Shown: positions 58,118 to 64,000 of the stretch, in pieces
Position numbering within the stretch: the first letter of the stretch is position 1
Layout of the letters: the number at the start of each line of letters is the position of its first letter
Virus record (IMG/VR): IMGVR_UViG_3300020431_000005
Span: 32,001 to 96,000 of that record
Source of the DNA: a virus
Taxonomy: Duplodnaviria; Caudoviricetes
Direction: 5' to 3' (one strand)
Length of the DNA: 64,000 bases
Program-made: the position numbers and the translations under genes
Notes under the pieces: model-generated
The model's input: only the letters and a program-made list of their open reading frames with translations
Database searches by the model: none
Told to the model about the DNA's origin: nothing

Positions 58118-58371
58118 AAGATTTCAAGAAACTACGAGAAGAAGCACTGCGGCAACAACAGAGGCAGGAAGAAATATTCAAAGAAGGTGATGCTGTTATG
58201 TCATCACGTACAGGAGAGAAAGGACATCTCCATAGAGTAGGTGGAAACTATGCTATAGTAATTTCTGAAGAAGGTAATATGTTTAGAGAGTGGATTAGGA
58301 ATATTAGATCTATAAATAATACGAGAAGAACCTCCTTGTTAAACGATGAAGTATCAGAAGACAGTCAATAG
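58114..58371 (+). CDS. Small SH3/KOW-like protein with CTS-like N-terminus
   Basis: MKDFKKLREE; IFKEGDAV...G...R.G.NY....W. Confidence 0.65.
   Translation: MKDFKKLREEALRQQQRQEEIFKEGDAVMSSRTGEKGHLHRVGGNYAIVISEEGNMFREWIRNIRSINNTRRTSLLNDEVSEDSQ
58311..58318 (+). promoter_or_regulatory. T4 late promoter TATAAATA
   Basis: Exact consensus upstream of ATG 58346. Confidence 0.75.
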
Positions 58372-58900
58372 CGTTAACAACAATGACGAGTTTTCGTCTG
58401 GGTTGATGGAAGCATACGGTAAATGGATGGGTGGAGATACCTTCCAGAATACTACCATCAGCGAAGCAGCATTTGATGGTATGCCACAGCAGTCCAATGG
58501 TGCTGAAATTGAAGACACTACAATAAAAGCAAAGAAAGCAAAGAAAACGGTCAAGAAAGAAGAAGTAGAAGTTCTTGAGCGTGAAGAGTATGAGATCGAT
58601 GGCGAGATTTATGTCATCGAGAAAGTAAAGATGGATGGCGTTGATGACAACGGCAACACCTCATGCTGGAAAGGATATAAGAAGCAAGGCACCAAGAAGA
58701 AAGGTGGTAAAGAAGTTAACAACTGTGTAAAAGCAGGCGTTGAGTATGAAGGTAATGAGCTTACAGAAAAGAAACTTGACCCCGTTGGTAAAGCAGATGC
58801 TGACATCGACAATGACGGTGATGTAGATAAGTCTGACAAGTATCTCCACATGCGTCGTAAGAAGGTCTCCAAGATCATTGGTATGTCAAAGAAAAAATGA
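58346..58900 (+). CDS. Putative internal head protein with CWKGY module and EF-hand-like loop
   Basis: CWKGYKKQGTKKKGGKEVNNCVK; DADIDNDGDVDKSD. Confidence 0.65.
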   Translation: MKYQKTVNSVNNNDEFSSGLMEAYGKWMGGDTFQNTTISEAAFDGMPQQSNGAEIEDTTIKAKKAKKTVKKEEVEVLEREEYEIDGEIYVIEKVKMDGVDDNGNTSCWKGYKKQGTKKKGGKEVNNCVKAGVEYEGNELTEKKLDPVGKADADIDNDGDVDKSDKYLHMRRKKVSKIIGMSKKK

Positions 58901-59226
58901 AAACATTTAGACAACTCCGCGAAGAGTGCGATTGTAAAGATAAGGAACGTAAAGGTAAGAAGAAAAAATCTACCATAGAAATCATGCCTGTTGTCAACGA
59001 TGGCAAGAAAGGCATGGTTACTAAACCTACTAATGAATCAGTATTTGCTGGTAATTATCAGGGACCATTGTATGCTCCTCATCCTGACCTTGTTAAAAAA
59101 GTTAAGAAAGAATCATTTGAAGGTGGCGTAGCAAAAGCAAGAAAAGACTACCGTTCTGGAACACTTTTAAATTTTAAACAGTTCATGTCAAAATTGACAG
59201 ACATTTTAGACGAGTGGGAGAAATAA
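58897..59226 (+). CDS. Putative internal head protein
   Basis: MKTFRQLREE N-terminus; very basic. Confidence 0.6.
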   Translation: MKTFRQLREECDCKDKERKGKKKKSTIEIMPVVNDGKKGMVTKPTNESVFAGNYQGPLYAPHPDLVKKVKKESFEGGVAKARKDYRSGTLLNFKQFMSKLTDILDEWEK

Positions 59227-59253
59227 ATAGTTCATGCTCTATGACATGAACCA

Positions 59254-59457
59254 ATGTTATCCTTTCTACTTCCACTAGCATCCAAAATTATTTCTGATGC
59301 TGTTAATAAAATTCCAGAAAATGAAGAACTGGGCGAGAAACTTGTTGAGATCTGTCTTGCTATTCTTGCTAAAGCAGTTAAGTTAACTAAGACTGACATG
59401 GACGATCAACTCTTGGAAGTTGTATCGAAAGCGATTGCTGCTCGCAAAGATTCCTGA
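59254..59457 (+). CDS. Small amphipathic helical protein
   Basis: 67 aa; late-like AATAAATA upstream. Confidence 0.65.
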   Translation: MLSFLLPLASKIISDAVNKIPENEELGEKLVEICLAILAKAVKLTKTDMDDQLLEVVSKAIAARKDS

Positions 59458-59460
59458 GAA

Positions 59461-59468
59461 TATAAATA
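59461..59468 (+). promoter_or_regulatory. T4 late promoter TATAAATA
   Basis: Exact consensus upstream of ATG 59498. Confidence 0.75.
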
Positions 59469-59497
59469 ACCATTAGGAAAATAAACGCTGAATAAAC

Positions 59498-60115
59498 ATG
59501 TCTCTATACGGAAGAACTGACAGCAATGCAAATAAAACCAAAGCTGGTGTAGGCATTGCAGCGTCAAGTCAAGCAAAAACTACAGTCTTCGTTGACGAGA
59601 CTGAAGCACAACTAAACGAAACCAGGTCTCGTGGTATCACTGGTCCTGGTTGGTGGTCTTATTTCACCTATACTGATTCTTCTGGCGCAACCCGTCATAA
59701 GGCAGAGCAATTGATTGTTGTTGCTAACCCTGATCTCAACTCTAACGAGACTCAATCAGATGACACTATCGCATCAGACGTTGCGTCCGCAGTAACAATT
59801 ACTGTTCAACCTGCTAACTCCACATCTTCCTCTGGTGCTGGTACTTACACCCTCACCACTACGACAACAGGAACACCTGGAACACTTGCATATCAGTGGC
59901 AGCGTCAGACAGCAACTGGTAAGCGTTGGGTCAACATCGCTGCTGGTACAGACACAGGTATTACTTATGCAGACTTCACGACAGCAACTCTTGCTTACAG
60001 TGGTCTCGCTGGCGATACTCTGGACGGTAATAAGTTTAGAGTCAAGATCACCTCTGCGGGTGGTACTGAAGAAGTAATGTCTGACGGTGCGGCAACACTA
60101 ACCTTCGGAAGTTGA
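59498..60115 (+). CDS. Virion surface protein with C-terminal Ig-like domain (decoration-like)
   Basis: ITVQP...LAYQWQ...LDGNKFRV...SDGAATLT. Confidence 0.7.
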   Translation: MSLYGRTDSNANKTKAGVGIAASSQAKTTVFVDETEAQLNETRSRGITGPGWWSYFTYTDSSGATRHKAEQLIVVANPDLNSNETQSDDTIASDVASAVTITVQPANSTSSSGAGTYTLTTTTTGTPGTLAYQWQRQTATGKRWVNIAAGTDTGITYADFTTATLAYSGLAGDTLDGNKFRVKITSAGGTEEVMSDGAATLTFGS

Positions 60116-60118
60116 TGA

Positions 60119-60472
60119 ATGAACTTCGATGAATTGACGCCAGACAACTGGCTCTTCTTTGCTATTCAAAATTATAACAACCCGTCGTCAGTAACTTATA
60201 GTGATTTTGAAGAAGACTTAAAGAGATTTAAGTATATCAAAAGATTGCTAAAGCGATATGAGACGACGGGTGAATTAAAAACACATCTTATTTTAAATCA
60301 TATCATTGTATTATATAATGTGTTTGGTGATGCAGCAACTCCGTTGTTGTTTTACAAGACAGAAGCGACATATTGGCGACAAATTACTGCTTTCATGTTG
60401 TTTCTAAATAGATTACCACCTAACTTTACTGATGCTGACGAAGAATGTCTAAAAAGTCTGAATCTAATTTAA
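60119..60472 (+). CDS. Conserved T4-like hypothetical protein
   Basis: FEEDLKRFKYIKRL; LILNHIIVLYNVFG. Confidence 0.75.
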   Translation: MNFDELTPDNWLFFAIQNYNNPSSVTYSDFEEDLKRFKYIKRLLKRYETTGELKTHLILNHIIVLYNVFGDAATPLLFYKTEATYWRQITAFMLFLNRLPPNFTDADEECLKSLNLI

Positions 60473-61152
60473 ATGAAATGGTAGCAGGAGACGGTTCTGG
60501 TCTTCAATTGCCACCTGCTTTTGTTATGGTGAATCCTAGACAGCACCGTAAGTATAAAAAGAACAACCAAGATAAAGTTGATGGGCGCACATCAGGCGCT
60601 CGCACTCTCTTCGATCGTATACAAAAAAGAAAAATGAAAGAACAAGTAGAATCACAAATTGATGAAGCTATTGTGTCCGATACAGAGAGGGCACAGAAGT
60701 CTATCCAACAGGGTAAGAAACTGAATCGCCAAAAAGATATGCAGAAAAAGCGTAAAGAGGCGAAAGAAAAAATGATGAATAAGTCTGGTGAGATGGATAC
60801 TCTCATGAAGGCACGTATGTCTGACTTTAAAAAGAAGGCAAAGGACCAAGAAAAGAAAGTCCAAAAAAATTCTTATGAACCCACAGGTGAAATTATGACT
60901 GAAAATCAAGATGTAGTTCAAGTTGCATTAGACGTTGCGACATCAGAACTTAATCCACAAGGCGAAGGATCATTTGCTAAGGTACAATTTGGCGATGGAT
61001 CTACACAGAACCTTGATAACTTCTCAGCAAAACGTATTGCTGCTTGTTATGCTCAATTGGATGATTCTCATAAGCAACAGTTTCAGTATCTGCTGAACAA
61101 AGATGCTTCTTCATATCAAACAGCACTCAATTTCGCAGTAAGGAACGTTTAA
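60445..61152 (+). CDS. Hypothetical (putative head-associated) protein
   Basis: Basic coiled coil; VQFGDGS...LDNFSA C-terminal domain. Confidence 0.7.
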   Translation: MSKKSESNLNEMVAGDGSGLQLPPAFVMVNPRQHRKYKKNNQDKVDGRTSGARTLFDRIQKRKMKEQVESQIDEAIVSDTERAQKSIQQGKKLNRQKDMQKKRKEAKEKMMNKSGEMDTLMKARMSDFKKKAKDQEKKVQKNSYEPTGEIMTENQDVVQVALDVATSELNPQGEGSFAKVQFGDGSTQNLDNFSAKRIAACYAQLDDSHKQQFQYLLNKDASSYQTALNFAVRNV

Positions 61153-61154
61153 GT

Positions 61155-61571
61155 ATGGCACTTGGTCTTGGTAGATTAGCAGTATTAGAATCAAAACTCG
61201 ATATTTATGAAGACCTCTCGAAAGAGATGCTTGACAAGCTCGAAAGAGCAGTTGGAACAATCTCGGAAAACAGCAACAGAGTTGCTGTAATCTTGGAGCG
61301 CCACGAAAATCGTTTGGATGAATCTGAACGTGCCGATAAACTCATCATCGGTATGCTAGAAGAGATGAAGGAAAGGCATACAAAAGATATGGAGATGATG
61401 CACGAGAGAATTGGCAAGGTCCAAAAGAAAACAGAAAGCAATGCTAAGTTTGTCATTGCTACCTCTGCTGTCTTGACAACCCTTGTGACAGTATTACAAG
61501 TGTTCCCTCCTGTCTTCAAATTGTTGACACCACAAGTAAACGCTGCTATTATAGGACCAGCGAATCCTTAG
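61155..61571 (+). CDS. Coiled-coil protein with C-terminal TM segment
   Basis: LAVLESKL...ILERHENRL; hydrophobic FVIATSAVLTTLVTVL. Confidence 0.7.
   Translation: MALGLGRLAVLESKLDIYEDLSKEMLDKLERAVGTISENSNRVAVILERHENRLDESERADKLIIGMLEEMKERHTKDMEMMHERIGKVQKKTESNAKFVIATSAVLTTLVTVLQVFPPVFKLLTPQVNAAIIGPANP
61524..61552 (+). promoter_or_regulatory. Sigma70-type promoter for g61-nrdA
   Basis: TTGACA-17-TATTAT. Confidence 0.75.
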
Positions 61572-61577
61572 TAATGA

Positions 61578-62567
61578 ATGTCATTTATTGACGTAAAGTA
61601 TATACAACTAGTATCCTCTCGCTTGACTCTTTTCAGTCGCAAGAAGGCAGACCTGTATAATTTCAGGTGTCCTTACTGTGGTGACTCACAGAAGAGAAAG
61701 AATAAAGCGAGAGGATATTTTTTTAAGATTAAGAATACTTTTGTATATAAGTGCCATAACTGTGGAGTTGGCAAAACACTTGCTAATTTTTTAAAGGATC
61801 AAGATACTCTTCTTCATGACCAATATGTCATGGAGAAATTTAAAGATGGTGGAACTGGTAAGGGAACTACAGTACCCAATCCTAAGTTTGAATTCAAAGC
61901 GCCAAAATTTGCAAAGAAAGATACAAATCTTGAAAAGATTTCTTCGCTAAATATATCTCACCCGGCAAGAGAATATCTTGAGAACCGAGGGATCAAAGAT
62001 CTAGATTACTTCTACTATTGTCCCAAGTTTAAGGCTTGGACAAATGAGCAAAAGAAGATGTTTGATACTCTTAGACAAGATAGTGCTCGCATTATCATTC
62101 CATTCCGAGACAAAGAAGGTAACCTGTTTGGATACCAAGGCAGATCGCTCGCCCCTAAGGCAAAACTAAGATATATCACGATCATGCTAGACGAAGAACA
62201 CCCAAAGATCTTCGGACTGGATAAAATAAAAGACGACAAACCTGTTTACATTGTGGAAGGACCATTCGATGCCACCTTCCTCAGTAATTCTGTTGCTATG
62301 GCAGGATCAGATGCTGATGTTAGAACCTTTGGTTGGAACAATTACATCTGGGTATTTGATAATGAACCACGCAACAAAGAAATCGTCAATCGAATCTCTA
62401 AAGTTATTAGCAAAGGAGATAAGGTAGTCATTTGGCCAAAGAAGATACAGGAAAAGGACATAAATGACATGTTCCTTGCTGGACACGACGTTCAAACCAT
62501 GGTAGACTCTAATGTCTATGGTGGACTAGAAGCAACCCTTAAATTAAACGACTGGAAGAAAGTATGA
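61578..62567 (+). CDS. g61: DNA primase gp61
   Basis: RCPYCGDS; KCHNC; TOPRIM VEGPFD; FDNEPRN; KDINDM. Confidence 0.96.
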   Translation: MSFIDVKYIQLVSSRLTLFSRKKADLYNFRCPYCGDSQKRKNKARGYFFKIKNTFVYKCHNCGVGKTLANFLKDQDTLLHDQYVMEKFKDGGTGKGTTVPNPKFEFKAPKFAKKDTNLEKISSLNISHPAREYLENRGIKDLDYFYYCPKFKAWTNEQKKMFDTLRQDSARIIIPFRDKEGNLFGYQGRSLAPKAKLRYITIMLDEEHPKIFGLDKIKDDKPVYIVEGPFDATFLSNSVAMAGSDADVRTFGWNNYIWVFDNEPRNKEIVNRISKVISKGDKVVIWPKKIQEKDINDMFLAGHDVQTMVDSNVYGGLEATLKLNDWKKV

Positions 62568-64000
62568 CAAACGGACACGGTATCAAAGTAAAGAAGCGTA
62601 ATGGCGCTGTAGAGGGTTTGAACCTTGATAAGATCCATAAGATGGTAGAAGAGGCATGTGAGGGTCTAGGGAGCGGTGTGAGTGCCTCTCAGGTAGAGAT
62701 GAACTCTGGTCTCCAATTCTTTGATGGGATTCAGACAAGCGATATCCAAGAGATCCTTGTTCGCTCTGCTAGCGACTTGATTAGTTTGGATAATCCTAAC
62801 TATCAATTTGTTGCTGCTCGATTACTTTTATTTGGAGTTCGTAAGCAAGTCTTTGGTCCTGATTGGATCAGAGGATACCCTACTGTGTTGGATCATGCAA
62901 TAAAATGTGTCTCCAAAAGTGTGTATGATGATGGTATCTTGCGTAAATATACTCAAGAAGAGTGGAACAAGATTGATTCTTATATGGATCATGATCGCGA
63001 TATGTTGTTTACTTACGCTGGTCTTCGCCAAGTAGTAGATAAGTATCTGGTTCAAGATCGTAGCTGTGGCGAAATGTATGAGACTCCTCAATACATGTAC
63101 ATGATGATTGCGACAACTCTTTTTCAAAATTATCCTACGGAGACTAGACTGGATTATGTCAGACGATACTACAACGCAATCAGCAAGCACAAAATCAACA
63201 TCCCAACGCCAATCATGGCGGGAGTTCGGACACCGCTCCGTCAATTTGCATCTTGTGTTCTCGTTGATGCTGATGACTCCCTCGATAGTATCTTTAGCAG
63301 CGATATGGCTATTGGTAGGTATGTCGCACAGAGGGCTGGTATCGGTATTAACGCAGGCAGAGTTCGTGGCATCAATTCTAAAATTAGAGGCGGCGAGGTA
63401 CAACACACAGGCGTTGTCCCCTTCCTTAAAAAGTTTGAAGCAACTGTCAGATGCTGTACACAAAACGGCATCAGAGGTGGTTCTGCTACAGTTCACTTTC
63501 CTATCTGGCACCAGGAAATAGAAGACATTATTGTTCTTAAGAATAATAAAGGAACAGAAGACAATCGAGTGAGGAAACTTGACTACTCAATCCAAATTTC
63601 AAAAATTTTCTACGAGCGTTTCATTGCGAATGGAGAAATTAGCTTGTTCTCACCGCATGACGTACCGGGTCTGTATGATTCCTTTGGTACTGACAGGTTC
63701 GATGATTTATATGTGGGGTTTGAACGAGATGAGTCTGTTCCAAGAAAGACTATCGGGGCGCAGGAACTTATCCTAGATATTCTAAAGGAGAGAGCAGAGA
63801 CTGGTCGGTTATATCTTATGAATATCGATCACTGTAATGCACATTCTTCTTTTAAAGACAAGGTTTACATGAGTAATCTTTGTCAAGAGATCACACTTCC
63901 AACAAAACCACTTCAGCATATCGATGACCCTAATGGTGAGATTGCTTTGTGTATCTTATCTGCTGTTAACGTAGGTAAGGTATCAAAGAAAGATGAACTG
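62564..64000 (+). CDS. nrdA: Ribonucleotide reductase class Ia large subunit (runs off the window end)
   Basis: ATP cone (VKKRNG...LDKI); PTPIMAG; QFASC; QNGIRGG; SNLCQEI near 63872; absent from the ORF track because no stop falls in the window. Confidence 0.95.
   Translation, partial: MTNGHGIKVKKRNGAVEGLNLDKIHKMVEEACEGLGSGVSASQVEMNSGLQFFDGIQTSDIQEILVRSASDLISLDNPNYQFVAARLLLFGVRKQVFGPDWIRGYPTVLDHAIKCVSKSVYDDGILRKYTQEEWNKIDSYMDHDRDMLFTYAGLRQVVDKYLVQDRSCGEMYETPQYMYMMIATTLFQNYPTETRLDYVRRYYNAISKHKINIPTPIMAGVRTPLRQFASCVLVDADDSLDSIFSSDMAIGRYVAQRAGIGINAGRVRGINSKIRGGEVQHTGVVPFLKKFEATVRCCTQNGIRGGSATVHFPIWHQEIEDIIVLKNNKGTEDNRVRKLDYSIQISKIFYERFIANGEISLFSPHDVPGLYDSFGTDRFDDLYVGFERDESVPRKTIGAQELILDILKERAETGRLYLMNIDHCNAHSSFKDKVYMSNLCQEITLPTKPLQHIDDPNGEIALCILSAVNVGKVSKKDEL

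Noticed and set aside
516-62495. Numerous short minus-strand and off-frame ORFs in the track
   Set aside because: They lie within well-supported plus-strand genes and have no recognisable motifs; typical antisense shadows
62828-63776. 227-aa minus-strand ORF and alternative-frame ORFs near the window end
   Set aside because: They are shadows of nrdA, which lacks a stop within the window and so was not listed
1-64000. tRNA, rRNA, CRISPR array, IS/transposase, homing endonuclease
   Set aside because: Intergenic gaps are short; by eye I saw no cloverleaf, repeat-spacer array or HNH/GIY-YIG motif (a tRNAscan/Rfam run would confirm)

Overview
This is a 64 kb, almost entirely plus-strand segment of a T4-like cyanomyophage (Kyanoviridae-type, probably infecting marine Synechococcus or Prochlorococcus). 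It begins with a giant 3428-aa fibre-like virion protein and a cassette of three glycine-rich paralogues with small partner genes. Next come the neck and terminase genes (g13-g17), with a variable island between g16 and g17 holding petE, a truncated gnd-like gene, an NdhP-like microprotein missed by the ORF track and a chain of tiny membrane proteins. Tail and head genes (g18-g23, g3) follow. Then comes the replication/recombination block: uvsY, uvsW, g55, g47, g46, vWA-peptidase plus MoxR/CobS ATPase, g45, speD, g44, dam, g62, regA, hsp20, g43, uvsX, g41 and mazG. The window ends with a late-promoter block (nuclease-like, ligase-like and HIGH-nucleotidyltransferase-like genes plus putative internal head proteins), primase g61 and the 5' part of nrdA. 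I saw no tRNA, rRNA, CRISPR array, intron or intein. The most notable observations are the uncharacterised nuclease/ligase/nucleotidyltransferase late module, a nested 'Russian-doll' domain topology in the giant protein, the NdhP-like microprotein cluster, the triplicated polyglycine adhesin-like cassette, four Sm-like paralogues and repeated promoters embedded in hairpins. All assignments come from motif recognition by eye; no searches were run.
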